Assembly: GCA_051362555.1 (NCBI GenBank) | Contig: CM120649.1 | Location: forward strand, 7,626,001-7,690,000 | From: Lingula anatina | Taxonomy: Eukaryota > Animalia > Brachiopoda | Direction of reading: 5' to 3' | Length of the DNA stretch: 64,000 nt | Made by a program: the position numbers and the translations under genes | In this document: positions 51,558-63,034 of the stretch, one piece after another | How the letters are laid out: every line of letters begins with the position of its first letter | Numbering within the stretch: position 1 is the first letter of the stretch | Notes under the pieces: generated by a model | What the model was told of the DNA's origin: nothing | Database searches by the model: none | Seen by the model: only the letters and a program-made list of their open reading frames with translations

Positions 51558-51943
51558 ATTATTCTATTCTATACTACAAATTCCCTTTTTGGGCAGATTA
51601 AATTATCTTATTTATCTTCTGTTCTCCAGGACATGTACACGCTGTGCAGAAGTCTCTCAGGAACTCCAGATGGTTTACTGATCTTGTACAAATCGCGCAG
51701 GTACTTTGATATTTGGGAATCATTTTAAGGAATAGTTTGAGTTTTGGTAGTTATTGTGTACAGTTCAAAAATGAAGGCAAATATCATGTATTAATCATAA
51801 GATAATATATGATTAAAATTGACAATTAGATTTTACAAAAGTGTGCACTGTGTTATGTTGGTCTCTTTGTGTTTGAAGTTTGATTATGTCAGTCCTCAAT
51901 ACATGTATGTTGCTAGGAACCTTCCCCAATCTTGTTTATTATT

Positions 51944-51983
<40 letters not shown>

Positions 51984-52716
51984 TTTCCATCAGAGTACAC
52001 CCTGAGCTTCAGAGATAACTTGACACTAACCTCTTCACAATAGCCCATCTTCATCGTGTCAAGTTACCTCTGACCACATTCGATTGCCCCTGCCGCCCGC
52101 CAATCAAATTTAAAGCCCGCACTCAATGACTCATTGAACGATCTAGCCAATGAACGCGAACGAGTCAAAGCGCGCTTTGTTCAAATCCGGACCAATCAGA
52201 GATAAGGCTCAATATCAGGGACTTGCCGTAACCTGTGGGCAGCACACAAAATACATCATCCCTCAGTAGATAATGATGCAGGGCCTCAAACTGCTCTGGT
52301 TTCAATTCCGATATACTCATATTTTGCAAAGAATCAAGAGATAACTTAACACATTATTTTACGTAGTCACTCGTAGAAGACGCCATGCTTTCTTTGTGTA
52401 CGGTTATGCACTCGGCACTACTCGGATGTCTCCGCACTCGACAATAACTTTGTTGTTAGTATGGAGCTTGAGGAATCAGCCGAGGATTACCGATTGACGG
52501 TCAACCAATCAGCGTTTTCACCAAACTTTGGTGAAAAATTTTGAAACTTGGATTCGATTGGCTTATATAAACTAGGTCAAACCTGTTTCGTCAGAGGTAA
52601 CTTGACACGATGAAGATAGGCTATTGTGAAGAGGTTAGTGTCAAGTTATCTCTGAAGCTCAGGGTGTCAGAGTATTGAGGGCCATAATATGTTGCTGAGC
52701 ACCTGTCAGAATCTTG

Positions 52717-52788
<72 letters not shown>

Positions 52789-52940
52789 TGCAGTCAGAAT
52801 ATAGAGGTCCTCAATATGTTACTGGGCACATGTCATAGTATTGCTGTCCCTTTCAAGATAGGTGGTGTCCACCCTGTGGCCGCTGACCAGTGGATGGTCA
52901 CTGAATATGACAATAACAGGTGAGTGATACTAAGACAGAC

Positions 52941-52982
<42 letters not shown>

Positions 52983-55900
52983 AAAAGAAGAACTGAAATA
53001 TGATACTATACCAGAAATTTGCTATAATTGTTGTCAAAGTAAAACAAGAAATAGTTTCTTTTTGGTTAAAGACAAAATGTTCAAATAGTTTTTAAATTAT
53101 TTTTCTTAGTCTTAAACTAAGATATAAATGGCAAATGAGTTGTGTTAACATGTTCCTATTTCACATGATTTCTACAAATGTCTTGTCTCAGGAAATACAT
53201 GTTGAGGAGTTCTGGAGAAGGAAGCAATACAGAGTACTTTCTGCACCCAGTCACTGAGGAGGACACAACTGCTGGTAACTATGGCAACTGCCTGTCAGGA
53301 TTCATATGTATATTCATTATATTACTGCAATCTTTTATAAAATGTTCAAAATTCTAAAAACTTAACTGCAGGTTTACAATGTTGACTGCCTGCCAATAGA
53401 TTGTTTACTAGCCATGTCCAGAATCGGATCAAATTTATTTTATGAATAACCTCTGTTCTGGCATCCACAGGTGTCGGAAGATTAGAGCTGATGTCAACTA
53501 GTCCGCTGTCAGAGGCCAGTTTGAGTGCTGTCTTAGGGACGAATATCAGTTCTGAGAATAGAGTCCTAGCTACTCCTGCCACCTATGCTTCTGTTGCAGT
53601 GGGACTGCCAGATCTTCATGTAAGTAAATTATATCAGCTTTGAAAGCACAGTGCTAGCTACTGCTGCCACCTATGCTTCTGTTGCAGTGGGACTGCCAGA
53701 TCTTCATGTAAGTACTAAGTTATATTAACTTTGAGAACAGAATGCTAGCTACTGCTGCCACCTATGCTTTGTCACAGTGGGTCTGCCAGATTTACATGTA
53801 AGAGTGCAGTAAAGTTATATGTGAAGAATTACAGTGAAAGATGTTTACTTTATCTTCCTTTTGTCTTTAATTGTTTTCTTTTGCACTAAGACAGCAGGAG
53901 TTTTGGTATGTCTCATATTTATTTGATATTTTTGTGGCACAAGTTCAGAACATATTCAGAAAATCTTATAATAATACATACTGTATTTTACAGTCTATTG
54001 AAGTATACAGTGCCCCAAGACAGCCCTCAAGCAAGGCAGAGAGAGATATCGGGGGAGACTTCATGCTTCAGTTGCTGTCCAAGCCTCCCACTCCTAATGC
54101 TGACTCCAAGATAGCGTACCTACCAGAGTGTGGCCAGGTGGTCCGCAGCATGCAGTACTGGCAGGTGCCCAAAGAGGCAGTACCTGAAGGTGAGTGGTGA
54201 CTGGTGAAAAAAATGGTACCTGCTCCTTTATGACACCTGTTTACTTGTGGCTGAAAATGAGCCTTGTTTGCCAGGAGAGAGAGTAACTTTTGAAAATTTT
54301 GCCAAATTGCCCTTTATTTGACCAGTTGATTGATTTGGTTTTATTGGACTCTTAATGGATAATTTGGTATGGAAAAATTTTTTCTTGCCTTATAAACAAA
54401 ATTTTTAGTCCATGTACTTCAGTAAAATAGAAGTTTATTAATTAGCTGAGACTCAAGAGTAGTTACAGTATGGTTGTGTTTTCCATGATATCAGGTTCCA
54501 CCCAACAGATGGTCAGTGGTTATCTGGAAGTCACAGATCCTGTCAACCATGTGCTAAGATATATACCTGTACCAAGGTAAGTGTCACCTGGAAATCACAG
54601 ATCCTGTCAACCATGTGCTCAGATATATACCTGTACCAAGGTAAGTGTCACCTGGAAGTCACAGACCCTGTCAACCGTGTGCTCAGATATATACCTGTAC
54701 CAAGGTAAGTGTCACCAGGAAGTCACAGATCCTGTCAACCATGTGGTCAGATATATACCTGTACCAAGGTAAGTGTCACCAGGAAGTCACAGACCCTGTC
54801 AACCGTGTGCTCAGAGAGAGAGAGAGGGAGAGAGAGAGAGAGAGAAAGAGAGAGAAGTAGTGCATAATTGCTTGACTAGTGAAGATGGGACAGTAAGCCT
54901 TCCAAGAGAAGTACTCTGAACTTTTGACAAGAAGGGAATTTTTTCTCAGGCTGCAATTTGTAGTGTTTTTCACTGAACTCTCATGTTGGTCCCTAACTGG
55001 TTGCAACTCTATATGTATACATGTGGTTTGCATTTCTCTTGTAGGCCCTCCATGAACTCTCTGCAGTACTACCCCTGGTCTGATGTCGACATTGTCATGG
55101 CAACCATGAGTAATGACAGCCTGGTAACTGTGGACCTGACAGGGATCGTACGTCTTTGGGAGACTGCCCCTGCTCAGTTAGCTAGATCCTTGGATCAGTG
55201 GAGGAAGATGATTGGCTCAGGAGAGGGAAGGAACTTGCAGGTGATTGGCTGTTCATATAATTTTTAATTTGCCAGATAGTAAGTATGTGTAGCTTGCAGT
55301 GGAAAACCCAGTATCTTGCAGTATTTGTTTCTCACCCAAAATTTGCTGCACAGCAATCAGTGAGACACAATCTTTACAATGTTCTTTTGATAATAACTTG
55401 AATAACTTGTGAAGAATCACAAGCTATTGAATGAAACAGACATTAAAATATCAACCATTTGATGACAATTTTCACACCAACGAATAATATATAAACACCA
55501 GAAAGAATTGTGAATGCTCTTTTGTGAATCATTTTTAATCAGTTGGTATGAAAGGAATAAGTCTGAAGTCAAAGTACTTTTTGAAGTCCCTAATAATAAG
55601 TTGAAATCCCTAATAATATATATCTTTTCAGATTACCCGTGAACGTGACAGTGGTAAAGATGTCGAGGGCCCAAAACATGGCAAGGTGGACCCTAAAAAT
55701 GCTCCCCATGTTGGTGGAAACACGTGGGCAGGAGGGACTGGTAAGTGCCAGGATGTGGATGTACAAATTGTTAACATATTCGACAGGTGTTCAGACATTG
55801 GTTATAAACTAATACAGAAGATTGTGTTAGGTGTGACAGGACACTGGTTATAAGTTACCAGAGAAGATTATTTTAGTTGTGACTGAACATTGGTTCTACA

Positions 55901-58900
55901 TTAGGAGAGAATATTGTGTCAGGTAAGACAGGACACTGATTACAAGTTACCAGGGAAGAATGTTTTTTGTTAGAAGACATTGGTTATAATTTACCAGAGA
56001 ATATTGCGTTAGTTGTGACAGATGGTTGTGACAGCATCACAATTTGTTTCAGGTGGGAGAGACACAGCTGGGCTGGGAGGGAAAGGTGGCCCATACAGGC
56101 TGGATGCTGGCCATGATGTTTACCAGATCTCAGAGGAGGAGAAGGAAGCTGTCCCTGAGGAAGTAAAGAGGGCTGCAAGAGAAATGGGACAGAAAGCCTT
56201 CCAAGAGAGGTACTCAGAACCTTTGAAAAGAAGATATATTTTTTTTTCTCATGCATCAAAATTGGTAATGATTTTTAAAATCTTGCTATGTATGTTCCAT
56301 TTCAGCTATTATGCTGCATGACCAACCTTTAAAAATTTCTAAATGCCTTTTGCCTCTTTTACCTTCCAAATTGTACTTTATACTAACTTTTGTTTTTTTT
56401 TTTTTTCAAATTATGTTTTCCATATATTTATGTCTATCTTTTTTTAACTCTGCATGCTATGTGAAGTATAAATACAAAGAACCTCAGAACATAAAAAAAG
56501 GTTCTGGGATAAATGGAAAACAACACCCCTTACCCCACCAATTCCATAGCCAAATAGATCTGTCATCACTGCATGAAAAGTAAGATCAAAATGATATTTA
56601 CTTCTGTTGAATGATCTTTAAGTTATGCTGGGACAATAAGAAAATATTACAGTACAGTTGCAGTGGGAAGAACTGGTACTTATGACTAATGTGTGCTGTT
56701 ACAGGCTTAGAGAAATTCAGATGAGTGAATATGATGCCAAGTTCTATGAGGGCTACAGCAAGGCAGTGAGAAAGCAAGTGCAGTCTCTCAGGGTTGTCCT
56801 GGATAGTTTGCAGGTAATAAAGCAGGTGGTGACACTTAGATATTGGTCAGCATCATCTGCAAGTAATTTTCAATACCCAAGAATTTGTCACATTGAAAAG
56901 TGTGCATTTGTACTCCTAAAGCCACAGTCTGTTAATTCTAAGATCCTTAGGTCTCTCCCACAGTCACATTACTAATGGTGGTAATCTTTATTTGTAATTG
57001 TATTCCATGTTTCAGACTGTTGTCTCACCTTACGCAACCACAATGCTGTTCCTGTGTCTCACCTAACACAATCATAATGCTGTTCCTGTGTCTCACCTAA
57101 CAAAACCACAATGCTGTTCCTTTGTCTCACCTAAAACAATAACAATGCTGTTCCTTGGTCTGATCTAACACAACCACAGTGCTGTTCCATTGTCTCACCT
57201 AACAAAACCACAATGCTGTTCCTGTGTCTCACCTAACATAATTACATTGCTGTTCCTGTATTTTACCTAACACAATCATTGTTGTTCTTATGTCTCACTT
57301 AACACAATCATTGTTGTTCTTATGACTCACCTAACACAATAACAATTCTGTTCCTGTGCCTCACCTAAAACAATCACAATGCTGTTCCTGTGTCTCACCC
57401 AACACAATCACAATTCTGTTCCTGTGTCTCATCCAGCACAATCACAATGCTGTTCCTCTGTTTCAGGCCAAGGGCAAGGAGCGCCAGTGGTTGAAGAACC
57501 AGACTTATGGAGATCTGGATGATGCCAAGCTGATAGAGGGTCTGACAGGAGAGAGGTCCATATATAAGAGGAGAGGAGAGAAGGAGCCAGAGGTAAGGAG
57601 CCAGTCTGTAAGAATGTGTGTGTGCGTGTGTGTGCATGTGTGACTGTATTTGTGTGTGTGCATGTATTTGTGTATGTGTGCTTGTATTTGTGTGTCTGTG
57701 ATGTTTTTGTAAGAGTTTGAGTGTGTGCATGTGTGTCGGTGTGTGTGTGAATGTGTGTGAAATTCCCATTTGTGCCTGTATGTGTATGTGTGTGCATGTG
57801 TATATGCATGTGCGTGTGTATGAGTGTTTATGTAGCTCTGAAACAGTGACTTAATTTAAAAACCTTGTTACATGTCATGATAATAAATGTTGAGTGTTGT
57901 TATTATCACAGCAAGGGAGTCCCCAGCAGAAGCCAAAGCGTCTCAAGTTAGTGGTGGACGTGTCCGGCAGCATGTACAGGTTTGATGGCCATGATGGCAG
58001 ACTGGACAGAGAGATGGAGGCTGTTACCATGGTGATGGAGGCCTTTGAGGGTTATGAACATAAGTTCAAGGTCAGGTCACTTTCTATTATGACCAGAATT
58101 GCATGATTTATACTTTTAAGTTAATGATTTATACTTTTTAATTAAAATTGTAAATATATGTTTCTTCATAGATTGAATTATTTGATTATTGATATAGCTT
58201 TTTTATATCCACAGTAAAGTGAAACAAGAATTAGATATTTCATTCAAAGATACTTCTGTATGTGATATATTATCAGATGAATTTCAAAAGGTTCTTCTCA
58301 GCATTTCAGTATGATATGTCAAGAGGTCAATATTCTATATCAATTATGATTTATGTTTCAGTATGATATAGTGGGTCATTCAGGAGATGGGTACAACATC
58401 CAGTTTATGTCAGGAGGAAGGGTACCAGCCAATAACAAGCAAAGACTAGACATTCTGAAGGTAAAACATACGGGTTTTTGATATATGTCAAAGTGAATTA
58501 GTTTTCACACACACACATGCACTCTGTCTTAGTTGCTTTATTCCTATTGTAGTTAATATTCCATACTGATACTGATGATGTTGTTGCATTTGACAAAAAA
58601 TAGTCTGTTTAAATAAGATGTTCGCATGTGCAATGCATTTTGTTTGTAGATGAAAGTGGCTGTATGCTTTATCTCGTTTTGCAGACAATGGTGGCTCACT
58701 CCCAGTTCTGTATTAGTGGAGATCACACACTGGAGGCAACAAAACACGCCATTGAGACGCTGGCCGAGGAAGAGGCTGATGAACACTTTGTGATTGTTCT
58801 CAGCGACGCCAATCTAGGGCGTTATGGGATAGGCCCAAAGAGTTTTACAAATGTCTTAATGTCAGACGATAAAGTGAACACGTTTGCCATCTTCATTGGT

Positions 58901-59373
58901 TCCCTTGGTGACCAGGCACAAAGGTAAGCTGCTTTTTTTATAACTGATGTTATAATGGAATGTAGATTATCATGTCAATTGCAGAAAAGCAGAAATAGCA
59001 GTGATAGTTTTCATTAACTTTTTGAGTTTGTGAAAAAACGTGGAGGTGAAATAAAAGCAGAATGTAGGTAATATTGACTATATTCATAATCCCAAAGATC
59101 ATCCTTTCATGATGTAAGGATCACAAAGATATATAGTTACACCTAGAAACGTACCCCAAATTTTGGTAATATTTGGTTAGTCACCTGCTGACTCTACAAA
59201 TTATTACATTTGTGCATTAATTAATTAATTAATTAATTAATGTATTTATTTTGCAATTTTTCAGGTGGACGAAGCAGCTACCCTCAGGACATGCCTTCGT
59301 TTGTATGGACACAAAAGACCTGCCTCAGGTGTTACAACAAATCTTTACATCTACCATGTTATCCACGCGGTGA
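35893..59373 (+). CDS. VWA8: von Willebrand factor A domain-containing protein 8 (mitochondrial AAA+ ATPase with C-terminal VWA/MIDAS), 43 coding exons
   Basis: Exons read by eye: 35893-36001, 36436-36516, 36730-36785, 36980-37054, 37748-37858, 38207-38374, 38660-38874, 39346-39454, 39824-39928, 40642-40755, 41129-41257, 41676-41753, 42026-42186, 42689-42802, 43223-43391, 43856-43927, 44151-44266, 44558-44667, 44883-44989, 45221-45369, 45842-46053, 46491-46610, 47012-47217, 47682-47833, 48822-48936, 49669-49807, 50377-50591, 51195-51302, 51630-51700, 52794-52919, 53192-53274, 53471-53619, 53994-54189, 54495-54576, 55045-55240, 55632-55740, 56053-56209, 56705-56813, 57467-57592, 57912-58070, 58362-58460, 58685-58923, 59265-59373. 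Motifs: [23 protein letters not shown], Walker A GPKGCGKS and GNQGVGKN, Walker [56 protein letters not shown]-terminus [13 protein letters not shown]. The Arg-rich N-terminus fits a mitochondrial presequence. Confidence 0.96.
37440..37683. mobile_element. Diverged Tourist-like MITE, same family as 29814-30038, in a VWA8 intron
   Basis: ggaccattcccacagatatttggatcgatct...gggagttaggtcga...atctaagtatgggaacccagtc|taa; shared core with the other two copies. Confidence 0.7.
40320..40622. repeat. About 31-bp minisatellite (cactattggcctagcccctccctccagctgt) ending just before a VWA8 acceptor
   Basis: About 10 units alternating two variants; the exon begins at 40642. Confidence 0.9.
41370..41540. mobile_element. 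Short MITE of the CAGG-terminated family with 5-bp TSD GTAAT
   Basis: gtaat|CAGGCCCACCCAACTA ... TAGTTGGGAAGGCCTG|gtaat; internal homology to 9486-9600. Confidence 0.8.
46139..46376. mobile_element. Small PIF/Harbinger-like MITE
   Basis: Imperfect TIRs gggaccattcagaaggaattatgtcgacctagctaat / attagctaagtcgacaaaattcattctcaacagcccc; flanked by TAA/TGA. Confidence 0.6.
50866..51040. mobile_element. Small MITE
   Basis: ctatggtgaaaacttaagaattt ... aaattttcaagtttttaccatag inverted termini; related fragment at about 42247-42420. Confidence 0.55.
51998..52666. mobile_element. 669-bp non-autonomous DNA transposon with 77-bp TIRs and 8-bp TSD TCAGAGTA
   Basis: TIRs 51998-52074 and 52590-52666 differ at one position; TSD at 51990-51997 and 52667-52674; CpG-rich interior. 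Confidence 0.93.
54524..54814 (+). repeat. 64-bp tandem repeat made of a VWA8 exon 3' end plus its splice donor (about 4.5 copies)
   Basis: AAG|GTAAGT donors at 54577, 54641, 54705, 54769. Confidence 0.95.
57015..57466. repeat. About 35-bp minisatellite whose last unit forms a VWA8 3' splice site
   Basis: Unit acaatgctgttcctgtgtctcacctaacacaatc repeated about 13 times; the final unit reads acaatgctgttcctctgtttcag|GCC. Confidence 0.9.
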
Positions 59374-60064
59374 TGATTGCCTCTAATATTACAAATATTA
59401 TTATTATTATTATAATTATTATTATTATTATTATTGCCATGCATCGCCACTGGATCATTATCGTTTCTGGGATAACTGTTCACATACTGAAAGCTGGCTT
59501 ATCTTGACTTCATGTGTGAAGAAATGCACCTCAGAGACATCTTGTGTCAAATGTGGCAGTACACATTTAGCTTATTGATTGTTGCAGTATTCGGTGTAGA
59601 AAATAATTGCATGGAATTTCGGCCTCTGAGCACGGAGGATTTAAATTTGAAAAAAAAATTGTGTTGCCAGGAAACTTTAACAGTCCTGTTGGTGGTCAGG
59701 TTTACTTGTCAACTGTATCCCATAATGAGTTCAGATTAAGATTACTTTAAACAAGATCAATAGAAATTTGATCCTTGTATCTAAAAAGGTGAATTGCTAC
59801 AGCAACTTCAGTTAAACATGTGATGTGCATTTATGATCCTTGATTTGTTGTAAAAACTAACACCTTTGAAAACCAAGGAAGTTTTTAAATTGTGATAATT
59901 TATTAGACAATGAAGAATTGTTAATGAATGGGAAAGTTTTCTATTATTGTATTTTGCATGTCAATGCAAGTGTTAAAAAAGATGACAAATATAATTGAAA
60001 AGCACGTCTGTTAAGATAATTCCAATATATATATGTGGCACGCGGGCAGATGGTTAGAACATAG

Positions 60065-60305
60065 TAGTAGAGCCCTGGGCTAGTTAGACCCTGGGGTAAG
60101 TTGGTCCACCATCAAGTCTTTTTGATAAAGATACTTTAAGATGCTAAATTATTTCATTTGGACTCACTGCCGACGCTTTCTTAGCACTATTGGATACGGT
60201 CACTTTAGAAAATGATGTGATCAATTCTTTTACCCATAGTTACTTTTTTCATAAATTGATGGGGGGCAAACTTACCCCGGGGTCCAACTTGCCCGGGCTC
60301 CCCTA
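60065..60305. mobile_element. Tc1/mariner (pogo-like) MITE with TA ends
   Basis: ta-gtagagccctgggctagttagaccctggggtaagtt ... aacttaccccggggtccaacttgcccgggctcccc-ta imperfect TIRs. Confidence 0.6.
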
Positions 60306-60772
60306 GCGTGTTTGAAATTTTCTTCATATCTCACTGATTTATATTTCAATTTATTTACTTATATCTCAGTGACTGCGTTTCGTGAGAGCAAAGAATATGG
60401 TGGGGTTGCTTCATGGATCACACTCAATAATGTGAATGTTTCACGCATCTCGGGAAATAAAATATGCTTTCACGGATAACGAAAATACCCAGTGGGACCC
60501 TCTTTTAGTATTGGGAGCAAAATAAACTAGAGAGGGACGTTGGTTTCATAGAGATGAAGTGTACAGATAACCAATGATAATTTATTCAATAAACGAAGTT
60601 AACAAATGGCTCTAATAGTATGTACTCACTCCTACCACACCCAGTTATCTGTGCCAGAAGTAATCGTGCACATACCTTACTCTTCCCACTACCTCCTACG
60701 ATAACCGCAGTTATTATTATGTGGATATTTTCGCTGTACAGAGGATAACCGTGAATTTAACGGGAGACATAT

Positions 60773-61058
60773 CAGGCGTACCCAACTACTAGAATCGGCA
60801 GCGAGTGATCCCGAATTTACCGGTAGATCAGAGCACATTACCCGTTTTCAAGGTGTGCGTCAGTACGCATTTCACAGTATCATACCCGGAACAAATTTTC
60901 AGATGAGATGCACTACTTTCCAACCCCGCTGAGAATCATCACATCGCGTACTAGGCAAGAGCGGTGTCGCGTCTAATATTCTTCGAAGCGCGTACTGGTA
61001 TACACCTAGAAAACGGGTAGGATCATTCGGTGCCGAGTCTGGTAGCTGGGTAGGCCTG
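60773..61058. mobile_element. MITE of the CAGG-terminated family with 5-bp TSD CATAT
   Basis: catat|CAGGCGTACCCAACTACTAGA ... TCTGGTAGCTGGGTAGGCCTG|catat; internal-deletion derivative relative to 9486-10480. Confidence 0.85.
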
Positions 61059-61533
61059 CATATCTGTGGCCCTGGTAGAGGGTAATTTTACTCAGCCCTG
61101 AAGGTTCCAATAATAATTATATCAGTGTATGGATACATAAAGTAGACTCCGTCCTTCCACACCAAATAATCTGTGCCCATAGTTTATTCAAGTTCCATTG
61201 TTAAAAAAGACGACTGTTCCGGGGCCTCTCGTTGCTCATTTACTGAAAAAAGTTTTCCAACATTGCTCGAATTCTCTCTCTAATGGATGTAATATCTGTT
61301 TGATGGGTGTTTAAATTCTAAATGTCGCCATTAAGTAGAAAAGTTGGCGCCTGGATGTAGTTTAGCGATTTAATACATTTAATTTGCATTTCAGACATAA
61401 AATTTGGGTCGCCAAGATATCTCTCAGGATGTCGTATGCAATGGACGTGCGTGGCCTTCTTTCTCTTTATATTTTAGACTGCGTCAAGCAGACGAATGTC
61501 TTTTAAGTTCTAAGTGGTCCGTGTGAGGTGGTA

Positions 61534-61668
61534 ATGGACAGCAATATGCATCTAACGCGGGTAAACGTCTTTCAAACTGTGGTCGTGGTAATATGTATAT
61601 TGGTGTTGGTATTTGTCTTCACCTGGAGTCCTGGGCTGGATGTTGTGAGCAAAGGTGGAGGAACAGGT

Positions 61669-61731
<63 letters not shown>

Positions 61732-63034
61732 TCTCTCTTTCTCTCTCTCTCACACACACACGCACACACCTCTCTCTCTTCAATGCAAAGCTGAACACAG
61801 GTGCCTACGTCAATAACATTAACGTAAAACATTAAAACAGTTTTTTTCGCTCAATGCCCTTCTTGACCTAAAGCTAATTGCTGAATATTGAAAACATTGT
61901 CCTTAGGAGAACAGATCTATTGTCTTGTTTCAGAAAACACGATCTCCACGAGAAAGCCAGTGCAGGACAATAATCTGAATAGGTTAAGTGGTCGGGTATG
62001 CTTTTGATTATATTTCTATAGATGTAGATTAAGTCGAATAATTATTTATAAAATGCAAATTAACATGCTCGTTTCCTTAAAATTCGTACACTACTGCGTA
62101 TGATGAGATTGACGAACGCGGTAGGTCTATGCTGCAGTACATCTTTTACGAAAATGACACCAGCTTTTTTCATTTTCAGTACTTTTCGTGGGCGGAAGTG
62201 CCCCTCAGTTGGCAAAATATCATGAAAGCAAGGAGAAAAATTCTACAAGACGCATGTCCAAAAAATACCAAAAAAGCACTTGCCACAAACGGAAGCAGCA
62301 TTCTGGCTGGTCGTCCATTTCTGTGGGTAGACGACAGACACAGTCTGATTTACTGTGAAATACCAAAAGTGGGCTGTACGAACTTTAAACGTTTGATGTA
62401 TGGGCTCACGGCAAACGCAGATATTACAGAATACAAAGACATTGGGGCGTATGAAGTGCACTATAAATATCAGAAGTTTTTGGTGCCCCTGTCTGACTTT
62501 TCCGAATTTGGGATCAAGTTCCGTCTTGCAAACTATCTGAAAGTTGTTCTTGTGAGGCATCCATTTGAAAGACTAGTGTCTGCTTACAGGAACAAATTAG
62601 AGAAACTCAGCGCTTTTTCACGTCAAATTGGGGCCTATATCAAACCGTTCATGAGATCCCCGGGGATGAAGAGCGCGCCGCAAGAAGGGGACGGAATTTC
62701 ATTTGCTGCGTTCGTCAAATACATTAATGTCTATTCTCAGCTTTCTACTAAACCGTTCAACCCGCACTGGAGAACTTACAACGCGTTGTGTAACCCATGT
62801 GACGTCAAATATGACGTCATTGTGCGATACGAAACTATCCAACGTGACATTAACATGTTGCTTAAACTGTTGCGCGTGGCTGAGAAGTTCAAGTACCCGG
62901 ATGGTGACATGTCATCTGTGTCGTCTGCAGGAGTTTGGAGGTCCTATTTCGCCAACGTGTCCTCTTCAGATCTCAACGAACTGAAGGGAATTTACAAACT
63001 AGACGCTAAATTGTTCAACTACACTTTCAATTAA
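61534..63034 (+). CDS. Golgi carbohydrate sulfotransferase, Sulfotransfer_2/HNK-1ST family (CHST8-14-like), about 349 aa
   Basis: Exons 61534-61666 (type II signal anchor VFQTVVVVICILVLVFVFTW), 61934-61995, 62180-63034, phases compatible (1050 nt). 5'-PSB YCEIPKVGCTNFKR, 3'-PB VRHPFERLVSAYRNK, and NPHW...LCNPC..KYD motifs. Confidence 0.92.

Noticed and set aside
52714-52923. Poly-isoleucine ORF
   Set aside because: (ATT)n microsatellite in frame with a VWA8 exon that really begins at 52794.
60036-60062. tRNA/SINE A-box-like GGCAGATGGTTAGAAC
   Set aside because: No B-box or cloverleaf follows.
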